64,000 nucleotides of DNA from Candidatus Komeilibacteria bacterium (lineage in GTDB: Bacteria; Patescibacteriota; Patescibacteriia; UBA1558). Below the pieces are notes generated by a model. The model had not been told where the DNA came from. It did not search any database and worked only from the letters and a program-made list of their open reading frames with translations. The number at the start of each line of letters is the position of its first letter. Position 1 is the stretch's first letter. Positions 28,382 through 37,673 of the stretch are shown piece by piece. Location: assembly GCA_048538275.1 (NCBI GenBank), contig JBLYPW010000002.1:103927-167926 (forward strand), written 5' to 3'. A program made the position numbers and the translations under genes.

Positions 28382-29407
28382 ATGAATAATTATATTGTAA
28401 TTCCGCCTTATTATAAGGGTACTGCATTTCAGGAGATTGTAATACATATGCTTGTTGCGGTAAAAAAAACAAAGTACAATATAAAATTTATCGGTCTACT
28501 AGAACCAATAGATAATACCTTATCAGGGTTTTTGTTGGATGATGAGATTTATACCAAGTATCAATCTTTTTTAATTTCTGATTTAATGAATTTGAAGACA
28601 CCTGCTAAAATATTATTTTTGGATTTTTTTAATTTAGGTTTCGATTTATTACGATATTTACATGAACAAACTAATGCGAATGTTAAATATGGATCGTTAA
28701 TTCATGGAGGGTCATTTTTTGATGAAGACATATATAATATGCCGTGGTTGAGTAACTTTGAGAATGCGTGGGCAGATTTATATGATACGATGTATATAGC
28801 TTCAAATTATGGTAAGAATAGACTTCCGGATAGTTTCAAAGATAAGGTTAAAGTTATTCCTTGGGGGATGGATGGGTTTAGAAGTGAAGCATCAGTTAAT
28901 AAAATTAATGATGTTATTTTTCCACATAGATTGAGCCCAGATAAGGGGGTTGAGGATTTTATAATGATTGTTGACTCTTTGCCGCAAGTAAAGTTCATCG
29001 TGACTGTGCCTCAAAAAAAGAGTGTAATTAGCAAAAATAAATATTATAATGTCCTAAAAAAATATACTAATGTAAAATTTATTTTCAATGAGAGTATGGA
29101 AAATCACAATATAACATTATCCTCTGCAAGAGTAGTTTTGAGTTGTGCTAAACAAGAAATTTTTGGCTACTCTATTGCTAAGTCTGTTGCGTCAGGGTGT
29201 ATCCCAGTATTACCAAAAGATCAATGTTATCCAGAATTTTATCAAAGGAAATATTTATACAAGAATATACAAGATGCTATTTCTATGATAGAGGATGTTA
29301 TTATTGAGTCGAAAAGTAATACTTTATCAAATGAGGGCAATAGTAAATGTATTTATGATTTTGAAACATTTTCATTTAAGAACCATTTTGATGATTTTTT
29401 TGGTTAA
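28382..29407 (+). CDS. GT-B fold (GT4-like) glycosyltransferase
   Basis: HGGSF, VIFPHRLSPDKG and QEIFGYSIAKSVASGCIPVLP. Confidence 0.85.
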   Translation: MNNYIVIPPYYKGTAFQEIVIHMLVAVKKTKYNIKFIGLLEPIDNTLSGFLLDDEIYTKYQSFLISDLMNLKTPAKILFLDFFNLGFDLLRYLHEQTNANVKYGSLIHGGSFFDEDIYNMPWLSNFENAWADLYDTMYIASNYGKNRLPDSFKDKVKVIPWGMDGFRSEASVNKINDVIFPHRLSPDKGVEDFIMIVDSLPQVKFIVTVPQKKSVISKNKYYNVLKKYTNVKFIFNESMENHNITLSSARVVLSCAKQEIFGYSIAKSVASGCIPVLPKDQCYPEFYQRKYLYKNIQDAISMIEDVIIESKSNTLSNEGNSKCIYDFETFSFKNHFDDFFG

Positions 29408-29408
29408 A

Positions 29409-29439
29409 AAAGAGAGTATATATGATATATACTCTCTTT
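29409..29439. terminator. Bidirectional terminator between convergent island genes
   Basis: Perfect inverted repeat aaagagagtatatat-g-atatatactctcttt. Confidence 0.7.
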
Positions 29440-29854
29440 AGTAATTAACATCGATTTGGGATACAATTTTTTTTATGTTCTTACATTCTCCGATAATTAC
29501 CGATGATTTAGCAACAAATACTATACCTTTGGATTTTTTACCATCAACTTCATAAAAAGTTGTCTCTTTCGGTTCATATAGAGGGCCTTCAAATTCATTA
29601 AGGCGTGATTTTAGTACGGCAAGTGAATTATTAGATACTGTGAACTGAGTTAACCATGCACTAATTTGCAGACCATTATCATCTAATATCACAATTGGGT
29701 ATTTAAAGATATTATTTGGCTCTGTTTCATCCGTCACTTCATACAAGTACCCCTTGATAAAACCAAGAGTTCTTTTTGTGGGTGATGTTTTGAGAATTTT
29801 TTTAATAAGTTTAACATTTTTTAATGATCCGTAAAATATAAATGAACAATTCAT
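29438..29854 (-). CDS. Gamma-glutamylcyclotransferase (GGCT/AIG2/BtrG-like)
   Basis: FIFYGSLK, GYLY, YP and LNEFEG-x-LY; AAGGAGG upstream. Confidence 0.85.
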   Translation of the reverse strand: MNCSFIFYGSLKNVKLIKKILKTSPTKRTLGFIKGYLYEVTDETEPNNIFKYPIVILDDNGLQISAWLTQFTVSNNSLAVLKSRLNEFEGPLYEPKETTFYEVDGKKSKGIVFVAKSSVIIGECKNIKKIVSQIDVNY

Positions 29855-30222
29855 TTTACCTCCTTTTTTGTTTGATTTTATATATTAACATAGTTTTAAT
29901 AATTGTCAATTGTAGTGTCTTTTTTTGGTTAGCTAATAAGATTATTAAGCTAGTGATGATTATTTACAGATCAGTATTCAGACTGGGTTAATAATTTTGG
30001 TATGTAAATATAATCAGTTTCTTGTTGAATTATGGTTATAACTTCATCTACGACTGACTGCCATGAAAGCTCAAAGGATGAACCTTTGAGTTTTTTTTGG
30101 GCAGGTCGCAAGGTACCAATAGTATGTAATCTGTTTATTGTCGTTAATTTTAGATTTGACAGTTTTGGTTGGTGGTGCTAAATTTTAGGCGTAAAGGTTG
30201 TTTTAAAATAAGGAGGGGTAAA

Positions 30223-30624
30223 GTGAATAATTTTACTGTTTTGTTTTGGCGCTTTATCGTTATTATTTGTTTATTGCCATTGTTTAGCAATTGTACTGCA
30301 AGTAATACGACTTATGCGACAGAGGTTAGTGCAGTTTCTTTGCGGATGATTGCTCAATTGCAGTATCTGAATCAGCAGATTACCGAAGTAATAATTTTGG
30401 CTGACATTACCAATCCATCGGGTTATCATTATGTTATTATTAGCACGGTGATCGGCAAGCAAAGACAGACTTGGGTACTGACTGATTGGCGGGGGACAGA
30501 GACTTTCCCACAGACCGTTGTAGCGGTAAATCAGTTGGGCGGTTGGCAGGTAATTCCTCATGCAATGGGAGGGCTGGAGATCAGGATTGATCCCTTGGTT
30601 ATTTATGAAGTTAGAAAACAGTAA
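30223..30624 (+). CDS. Hypothetical exported protein/lipoprotein
   Basis: GTG after AGGAGG; hydrophobic signal followed by FSNC. Confidence 0.6.
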   Translation: MNNFTVLFWRFIVIICLLPLFSNCTASNTTYATEVSAVSLRMIAQLQYLNQQITEVIILADITNPSGYHYVIISTVIGKQRQTWVLTDWRGTETFPQTVVAVNQLGGWQVIPHAMGGLEIRIDPLVIYEVRKQ

Positions 30625-30704
30625 GCATAATGTTTGAAGACGATGTCAGTTTGGCGTCGTCTTTTCATTTGAGTTTCAGCCTGTTATTTTGTTATAATAC
30701 AACT

Positions 30705-31286
30705 ATGAAATTAAAAGATACTGTACAGCATAGCACTAAAAAAGAAATTCTTTTACGTTTTTTGATTATGTTTGGCGTGCTGTTAGTATATTTTGTTTTT
30801 TTGTCTTGGCAATACGGTATGGCCACGGGTGGTTGGGTAGCCATATTGACTTGGAGTTTTTTTGTTTTGTGCACGCCAATTGCTGATGCTGGTTTTTTAT
30901 TGGATTTTCCTTTGCGTTTATTATTTAATATCAAGATGGTTTTTAGTGAGGTTATTGTTTGGGTTATAGCTATTGTCGTCAATGTGATTGCCGTTCAGTT
31001 TAGTCCCGATATTTATGGCAAAACAGTTTTGACTAGCATATTTTATCAAATTTTAACTAATTTAAATCCTTATGGCCTCATTATCTTATTAGCTACCGCT
31101 GGTACTTTTTTATCAGTCAGGTTTGGGGATGAATTAATGGATGTTATGTACCATCATGAGCGCGCTATATTTCATAGACACGGTCTGTGGGTAAGGATAT
31201 TGGGTTTTGTTACCATTTTTGTTTTAACTGTCATTATATATAATATTTTGATTCAGCAATTTGGTTTAACCGAGTTTATTCAATAG
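30705..31286 (+). CDS. Hypothetical integral membrane protein
   Basis: Multiple TM helices; LTWSFFVLCTPIADAGFLLDFP motif. Confidence 0.8.
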   Translation: MKLKDTVQHSTKKEILLRFLIMFGVLLVYFVFLSWQYGMATGGWVAILTWSFFVLCTPIADAGFLLDFPLRLLFNIKMVFSEVIVWVIAIVVNVIAVQFSPDIYGKTVLTSIFYQILTNLNPYGLIILLATAGTFLSVRFGDELMDVMYHHERAIFHRHGLWVRILGFVTIFVLTVIIYNILIQQFGLTEFIQ

Positions 31287-31563
31287 TTTGATTGAATATT
31301 TCTGTGACGCTAAAATATTGTGGAGAAAACAGAAAAGTGCATAGTTGGGTTAATCAATGATATTATCGCGGCAGATATGCATGACTGGAATTTTTAGGCA
31401 AATATTTAATTTTTTATTATAATATTAGCTAATATTAGCTAATATTTTTTATTTTATAGTTATGCACAGTTCAAAATAGTTAATATTATTGTACTTTTTG
31501 GCTTTTTTGCGGTAAAATATTTAACAGTTATTAATAAAACTGCTAATTATTAAGTAAAAAAAT

Positions 31564-31851
31564 ATGGCAGAAGGTAAAATTACCAAAAAGGAATTAGGCC
31601 AGAGATTGGCCGATAAGTACGAGCTCAACAAGAAGCAAGGTGTTGAGATTATTGAATGGCTCTTTGAAGAAATAAAGGGCGAAATGAAAGCTATGCACGA
31701 AGTAAATGTGAAAGATTTTGGCAAGTTCAAAATCCGCGAAAGCAAGGCTCGTATGGGCATTAACCCCATGACTAAAGAGCAGATTCACATTCCGGCTAAG
31801 AAGAAAGTTAAATTCTATCCGGCCAAGGCGGTTAAGGAACTGGTCATGTAA
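31564..31851 (+). CDS. hup: HU family DNA-binding protein
   Basis: FGKF, ARMGINPMT and IPAKKKVKF. Confidence 0.95.
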   Translation: MAEGKITKKELGQRLADKYELNKKQGVEIIEWLFEEIKGEMKAMHEVNVKDFGKFKIRESKARMGINPMTKEQIHIPAKKKVKFYPAKAVKELVM

Positions 31852-31872
31852 ATTTTTATTCTTTGCATTTGA

Positions 31873-31903
31873 TATCCCTCGTTCTGTACTAGAGCGAGGG
31901 ATT
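31873..31903 (+). terminator. Terminator hairpin
   Basis: atccctcgttct...agagcgagggat after hup. Confidence 0.65.
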
Positions 31904-31960
31904 TGCTTATTAAAGACTTTTTTTATACAATATTAAAGTATTAAATATTAAAATCAGTTT

Positions 31961-32995
31961 ATGGATTGGTGGCAACAAAACAGCCCGCAACAATATGCCA
32001 TGTTTATTGGCTGGCTAATTATTTGGTGGTTGATTTTTAAAGTAGTGATTAAATTATTGGTCAGCTGGGCCAAGCGTTTGACCAGGCGCACTAATAACGC
32101 TTATGATAATATGTTGGTGACGGTTTTTGATAAGTTGGCCTGGTGGTTTTATCTTGTCGTGGCTATTTATATTTCCAGCCGCTCTTTACAATTACCAGCA
32201 ATAGTTGACAATGCTTTACAGACTGTTTTTATATTAGTAGTCGCTTTGCAATTGATCGTGGCTATTAATCGGTTGATTGATTTGTGGTTGGAGCATTATC
32301 AAACCGTGATGGCTGAGCAAGATGATTCGGGCAGCCATAAATTGGGTTGGTTGGGGAAACTCTTAAAGTTACTTGTTTGGGTGATTGGTGTTTTGTTGGC
32401 TATTTCCAACTTAGGATATAACATTACTTCTTTATTGGCCGGTTTGGGTATTGGGGGTATTGCTATGGCTTTAGCAGTACAGAATATTTTGGAGGATATT
32501 TTTTCTTCCTTTTCTATTTATATGGATCAGCCTTTCAAAATAGGTGATTATATTGTGATTGGTGATAAGATGGGAACCGTGAAGAAAATTGGTATAAAAA
32601 CTACGCGTTTGACCAGTTTGGAAGGAGAAGAGATTGTAGTGTCCAATAAGGAGTTAACTAGCGCTCAAATTCAGAATTATAAAAAAATGCAAGAACGACG
32701 GGCATCATTTTCAGTTGGCGTTACTTATGATACTAGCAATGAGCAGCTGGCATTAATTCCAGAAATGGTCAAGGAGGTGATTGGTAAAGTTGATGGTTGT
32801 CGTTTTGATCGTGCTACTTGGAAAGATTTTGGTGACTTCAGTCTAAATTTTGAGATTGTGTATTATTTCCACAACAATGATTATGCTGAATATTTATTGG
32901 CTCAACAGGCAATAAATTTAGGTTTAAAACAAGCGTTTGAGAGGGCTAAGATTGAATTTGCTTATCCAACACAGACAATATTAGTTGAAAAGTAG
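31961..32995 (+). CDS. mscS: Small-conductance mechanosensitive channel
   Basis: LLAGLGIGGIAMALAVQ, PFKIGD and IEFAYP. Confidence 0.93.
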   Translation: MDWWQQNSPQQYAMFIGWLIIWWLIFKVVIKLLVSWAKRLTRRTNNAYDNMLVTVFDKLAWWFYLVVAIYISSRSLQLPAIVDNALQTVFILVVALQLIVAINRLIDLWLEHYQTVMAEQDDSGSHKLGWLGKLLKLLVWVIGVLLAISNLGYNITSLLAGLGIGGIAMALAVQNILEDIFSSFSIYMDQPFKIGDYIVIGDKMGTVKKIGIKTTRLTSLEGEEIVVSNKELTSAQIQNYKKMQERRASFSVGVTYDTSNEQLALIPEMVKEVIGKVDGCRFDRATWKDFGDFSLNFEIVYYFHNNDYAEYLLAQQAINLGLKQAFERAKIEFAYPTQTILVEK

Positions 32996-32996
32996 T

Positions 32997-33263
32997 ATGA
33001 AAATTATTAAAATTGGTGCTGTTTGGTGCCCGGGCTGTTTAGTCATGAGGCCGCGTTGGCAGAAAATAGAAGCTAAATTTCCTTGGCTGAAAACTGAATA
33101 TTTTGATATTGATGAACATCCGGAGTTAAAAGAAAAATACCAATTGAGTAATTATCCGGCCTTTATTTGTCTATCAGAGCAGGGAGAGGTCTTGTCACAG
33201 CAATCTGGCGAATTATCCGAAGCTGAACTAGAAGAATGGTTTATACCTTTTAAAGAACAATGA
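32997..33263 (+). CDS. Thioredoxin-like protein
   Basis: WCPGC motif. Confidence 0.85.
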   Translation: MKIIKIGAVWCPGCLVMRPRWQKIEAKFPWLKTEYFDIDEHPELKEKYQLSNYPAFICLSEQGEVLSQQSGELSEAELEEWFIPFKEQ

Positions 33264-34462
33264 AGAAATTAAGTTTTATAATATTAATATCAGTGGTACT
33301 AGTAGCCAGTCTAGTCCCTTTTATTTTTCCAGCGCAAGCCGCCACTGATCCGGTGACAGTTTATTTTTTCTGGGGTGACGGTTGTCCGCACTGCGCTAAA
33401 GAGGAGATTTTTTTGAATAAATTAGAATATGAAACTCCCGGTGTAATAGTTAAGCATTTTGAAGTTTGGCATGATAGTGATAATTTGAAATTATTACAGC
33501 AAGTTGCTGAGCGCATGCAAATTAAGGCCAATGGCGTGCCCCTTACTATCGTGGGAGAATATTCACAAATTGGCTGGCTGAGTGAAGAGACAACCGGACA
33601 GCAGATCCGGCAGTGGGTAAATAGTTATATCGCGCGCGGTGGAGCGCCAGATGTGGTGGCCAACCTTAGAGTGTCGCAGGAAAGCTCTAAGCCAGAAACA
33701 GAAGTTAGTAGTGATACTCAAATGCTGGATTTGCCTTTATTTGGGCAGATTAATACTGCTCATGCTTCCTTGTTTGGATTGACTACTATGATTGCTTTTT
33801 TGGATGGGTTTAACCCCTGTGCTATGTGGGTTTTGTTATTTTTATTGAGTCTGCTTATTCCCATGCAGAACAGGCGGCGGGCCTGGTTATTGGGCTTGGC
33901 TTTTATTGGCACATCGGGGGTCGTTTATTTCTTATTTTTAGCTGCTTGGCTGAATTTATTTTTATTCTTAGGTGTGATAGCGGCGGTACGAATTGTGATT
34001 GGTTTGATAGCGATTGTTTCAGGGTATTTGAACTTGCAAGCTTGGCGTCGTCAACGTACAGGTTGTGTGGCTAGTAATGATGAGAAACGTAGAGTCTGGT
34101 TTGAGAAAATCAGAAATGTGATTGCTCGCAGGCAGTGGTGGTGGGCGCTCTTTGGTATTGTCTTATTGGCAGCGGCAGTGAATTTGGTAGAGTTAGTATG
34201 TTCGGCTGGTTTGCCTGCTATCTATACGCAAATTTTGAGTTTGTCTGATTTGCCTGCTTGGCATTATTATTTATACATGCTTTGGTATATATTTGTATTT
34301 ATGTTGGATGATTTGATTGTGTTTATTATTGGTATGATTAGTTTGCATGCGGTCGGGATTAGCACGAAGTATAGCCTTTATACAAAATTAATAGGCGGTA
34401 TTATCATTTTATTACTAGGTTTGATACTAATATTTCAGCCTGCTTGGCTAATGTTTGGCTAG
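33260..34462 (+). CDS. Glutaredoxin-like domain fused to a CcdA/DsbD-like membrane domain
   Basis: Signal peptide, GCPHC, then DGFNPCA and ELVCSAG in TM segments. Confidence 0.82.
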   Translation: MKKLSFIILISVVLVASLVPFIFPAQAATDPVTVYFFWGDGCPHCAKEEIFLNKLEYETPGVIVKHFEVWHDSDNLKLLQQVAERMQIKANGVPLTIVGEYSQIGWLSEETTGQQIRQWVNSYIARGGAPDVVANLRVSQESSKPETEVSSDTQMLDLPLFGQINTAHASLFGLTTMIAFLDGFNPCAMWVLLFLLSLLIPMQNRRRAWLLGLAFIGTSGVVYFLFLAAWLNLFLFLGVIAAVRIVIGLIAIVSGYLNLQAWRRQRTGCVASNDEKRRVWFEKIRNVIARRQWWWALFGIVLLAAAVNLVELVCSAGLPAIYTQILSLSDLPAWHYYLYMLWYIFVFMLDDLIVFIIGMISLHAVGISTKYSLYTKLIGGIIILLLGLILIFQPAWLMFG

Positions 34463-34535
34463 TTTGGTATTGGTTTTTTGTATCTTCTGAAAAATGGTAT
34501 AATATAAATACCATTTTTATTATTAGCAAAGAAGT

Positions 34536-35447
34536 ATGGCTAAGGTAGCGGACAAAACATTATTGCTAGGTATTGATATCGGTGGCACTAAAGTGAAATT
34601 AGTTTTAATGCGGCGAGCAAAGGTGTTGGCGGAAGATAAGTACTTATTGAAAAGTTTTAAGACCAGTCGCCAATTTTTGGCCACTTTATTGGCTCATATT
34701 GAGTTATTATTGCAAGGATATCCGCGTAGCCAAGTGCGCGGCATTGGCATTGGGTTGCCGGCGGTATTGGATGCTAATCGGCGACGCGTAATTTTGCCGC
34801 CTAACTTGTCTATTATTAAGAATATAAATTTTAAGAAAGTTATCCGCACAAAGTTCAATTTGCCGGTCAGATTAGAAAATGATGCCAATGCCATGGCTTT
34901 GGGTGAAATGATGTTTGGTGCCGGCAAGGGAAAACAATCATTAGTAATGTTATCATTGGGAACTGGCGTGGGTGGTGGTATAGTTTATCGTCAGGACAAT
35001 AAATTGAAATTATTAACTGGCCATGATGGCGCGGCAGCTGAGATAGGGCATATGATTATTAATTTTCAAGGTGTGGAAGGGCGTCCGCAGCGCCGAGGAG
35101 AGCTGGAACAATATGCATCAGCTAAGTTTATCAAGCGACGGAGCAGCAAACACCCTCTTAAATTACAAGAAGCAGCTTTGGCTGGAAAAAAAGGAGCGGT
35201 AAAAATATATGAAGAATTGGGTTATTATTTAGGAATAGGATTGGCTAATATTATTAATATAGTTAATCCAGAGGTGATTGTTTTGGGCGGGGGCTTAAGT
35301 GCGGCATATAAAGTATTTAGCAAGGCAGCGAAAAAAAGTATGAAAGCTAATATTTTAGCACCCACTGCCATGGACACAGTAGTATTGCAGAGTAAATTAA
35401 AAGATCGTGGTGGCGCTATGGGCGCGGCTGCTTTGTGGTTGAATTAA
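34536..35447 (+). CDS. ROK family sugar kinase
   Basis: GIDIGGT, ENDANA, LGTGVGGG and EIGH. Confidence 0.93.
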   Translation: MAKVADKTLLLGIDIGGTKVKLVLMRRAKVLAEDKYLLKSFKTSRQFLATLLAHIELLLQGYPRSQVRGIGIGLPAVLDANRRRVILPPNLSIIKNINFKKVIRTKFNLPVRLENDANAMALGEMMFGAGKGKQSLVMLSLGTGVGGGIVYRQDNKLKLLTGHDGAAAEIGHMIINFQGVEGRPQRRGELEQYASAKFIKRRSSKHPLKLQEAALAGKKGAVKIYEELGYYLGIGLANIINIVNPEVIVLGGGLSAAYKVFSKAAKKSMKANILAPTAMDTVVLQSKLKDRGGAMGAAALWLN

Positions 35448-35448
35448 G

Positions 35449-36783
35449 ATGTCTATCAATAATAAAAGTAAAACAAAAAAAAGGACACGCGTCATGGCTG
35501 AAAAAAAAGATGAGGCGGTTTTGAATTTTCCACCCAATTTTTTATGGGGCGCTGCCACATCTTCACATCAAGTGGAGGGCAATAATATACATAATGATTG
35601 GTGGGCTTGGGAACAGGCGGGTCATGCCAATGGCCATCAAGTTTCTGGTGAAGCCTGTGATCATTATCATCGTTATGATAGTGATTTTGGTATCGCTCAG
35701 GATTTACATCAAAATGCGCATCGCTTATCTTTAGAATGGAGTAGGATAGAGCCAGAGGATAATGAATGGAACAAAGAGGCGATAGAGCATTATCGTAGAG
35801 TTTTGCAGTCGGCTAAAAAACATGGCTTGAAGACTTTTGTTACCCTTCATCATTTTACCAATCCTTTGTGGTTTACTCACGCCGGCGGTTGGTTACAAAA
35901 GGAAGCGCCAGAGATATTCCAATCTTATGTTTTAATGGTGGTAAAACAACTAGGTGATTTAGTTGATTATTGGATCACAATCAATGAGCCTATGGTTTAT
36001 GCCTCACAAGGATATTTAGCGGCTGTATGGCCGCCGCAGGAGAAATCTTTGTGGAAGACCAAAAAAGTAATCAATAATTTAGCTCGGGCTCATATTTTAG
36101 CTTATCGTACTATTCATAATCTAATGGATAATGATGATCAGAAGACTTGGGTCGGTTTTGCCAATAATGTCGCTTCTTATCAAGTTTATAATAAACATTC
36201 TTTACGAGATCAGATGTTTGTACAGGTAGTAGATAGACTTTGGAATCACTCTTTTTATCGCCGCACCAAGGGTTGTCATGATTTTCTTGGTTTAAATTAT
36301 TATTTTCATTATCGGGTAGCCAGGGCGAGATTAGCACATTGGCAATTTTTTGCTGATGTTCGTAAAGAGAGAAGAGAGGCATCGGATGTTGGTTGGGAAG
36401 TATATCCACCTGGTATTTTTGACGTAGTTATGGATATGAGTCAGTATAAATTACCGATTTTTATTACGGAGAATGGAATTGCCGTGGAAAAGGATAATAA
36501 ACGTTCACGTTTTATAGTGTCTTATGTGAAAGAACTTTATCACGCAATACAGGCCGGTGCTCCGGTGGCTGGTTATTTTTATTGGTCTTTGTTGGATAAT
36601 TGGGAATGGGAAAAAGGCTATGATGCGCGTTTTGGTATAGTGGGAGTTGATTTTGAAACACAGCAGCGTACCGTCCGAGAGTCGGCTAAAGTATATGCAA
36701 ATATTGCTCAGCATAATGGTATTCCACATGAGCTTTTGAAATTTGTTGGCCATGTTACTTTAGGAGAGATCACTATAAAATAA
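35449..36783 (+). CDS. Glycoside hydrolase family 1 (beta-glucosidase)
   Basis: FLWGAATSSHQVEG, TINEP, ITENG and WSLLDNWEW. Confidence 0.95.
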   Translation: MSINNKSKTKKRTRVMAEKKDEAVLNFPPNFLWGAATSSHQVEGNNIHNDWWAWEQAGHANGHQVSGEACDHYHRYDSDFGIAQDLHQNAHRLSLEWSRIEPEDNEWNKEAIEHYRRVLQSAKKHGLKTFVTLHHFTNPLWFTHAGGWLQKEAPEIFQSYVLMVVKQLGDLVDYWITINEPMVYASQGYLAAVWPPQEKSLWKTKKVINNLARAHILAYRTIHNLMDNDDQKTWVGFANNVASYQVYNKHSLRDQMFVQVVDRLWNHSFYRRTKGCHDFLGLNYYFHYRVARARLAHWQFFADVRKERREASDVGWEVYPPGIFDVVMDMSQYKLPIFITENGIAVEKDNKRSRFIVSYVKELYHAIQAGAPVAGYFYWSLLDNWEWEKGYDARFGIVGVDFETQQRTVRESAKVYANIAQHNGIPHELLKFVGHVTLGEITIK

Positions 36784-36785
36784 TT

Positions 36786-37673
36786 ATGTGGTTACCTGTT
36801 GTTATTATTGCTTATTTTCTCAACGCCATTGCCTTGGCGGTGGATAAAAAGTTATTAAACAAGGGTATACCGCAGCCGGCGGTTTATACTTTTTATATTG
36901 CCGCTTTAGGTTTATTGGTGTGGGTACTTGCTCCTTGGGGTTGGCACTGGGCTGGTAGCGGCATTTTTTTGTACAGCTTATTAGCCGGTGTCTTGTTCAC
37001 AACAGCTTTATTGATTATGTTTATGGCGGTTTCTCGTGATGAAGTGTCACGTATAACGCCTATTATAGGTGGTTTTTCACCTTTATTTGTGTTTTTTTTG
37101 GCTTGGTGGTGGCTAGGGGAAGCTTTATCTGGTAATCAGCTATGGGCTTTTGTCTTGGTTGTGCTTGGCAGCTTATTGATTAGTATGCGTTGGCGGCAAT
37201 GGCGTAAAACTCAGTGGCGCGCCTTGGTTTTAGCTATTTTATCAGCCGCGATTTTCGGCGCTCATTATGTTCTTAGTAAGTTTATTTATGAACGAGTAGA
37301 TTTTATTACTGGCTTTATTGATATTAGAACCGGTGCTTTTTTAGGTGCTTTACTTTTATTATTGATCCCGGCTTGGCGCTATAGCATTTTCCATCGTTCT
37401 GCGGGTAATAATAAACAAACGGCCGGTTGGTTTTTGACCGGTCAAACTACTGGTGCACTTTCTGCGGTGATGGTAAATTGGGCCGTAGCTTTGGGCAGCG
37501 TTACTTTGGTAAATGCCCTGCAGGGCCTCCAGTATGTGTTTTTATTTTTTATTGTGTTACTGATGGCGCGCATTTATCCCTCTTGGCTAAAGGAAGAAAA
37601 TGCTCGTTCTGTTTGGTGGCAAAAAGCTTTAGCTATTATTCTTATTAGTATTGGTATCTATCTTTTGGCATGA
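36786..37673 (+). CDS. EamA/DMT family transporter
   Basis: About 10 TM helices in two repeats; LGE motif. Confidence 0.85.
   Translation: MWLPVVIIAYFLNAIALAVDKKLLNKGIPQPAVYTFYIAALGLLVWVLAPWGWHWAGSGIFLYSLLAGVLFTTALLIMFMAVSRDEVSRITPIIGGFSPLFVFFLAWWWLGEALSGNQLWAFVLVVLGSLLISMRWRQWRKTQWRALVLAILSAAIFGAHYVLSKFIYERVDFITGFIDIRTGAFLGALLLLLIPAWRYSIFHRSAGNNKQTAGWFLTGQTTGALSAVMVNWAVALGSVTLVNALQGLQYVFLFFIVLLMARIYPSWLKEENARSVWWQKALAIILISIGIYLLA

Noticed and set aside
31420-31446. Tandem aatattagct repeat upstream of hup
   Set aside because: Only about 2.5 copies of an AT-rich 10-mer; no evidence of function.
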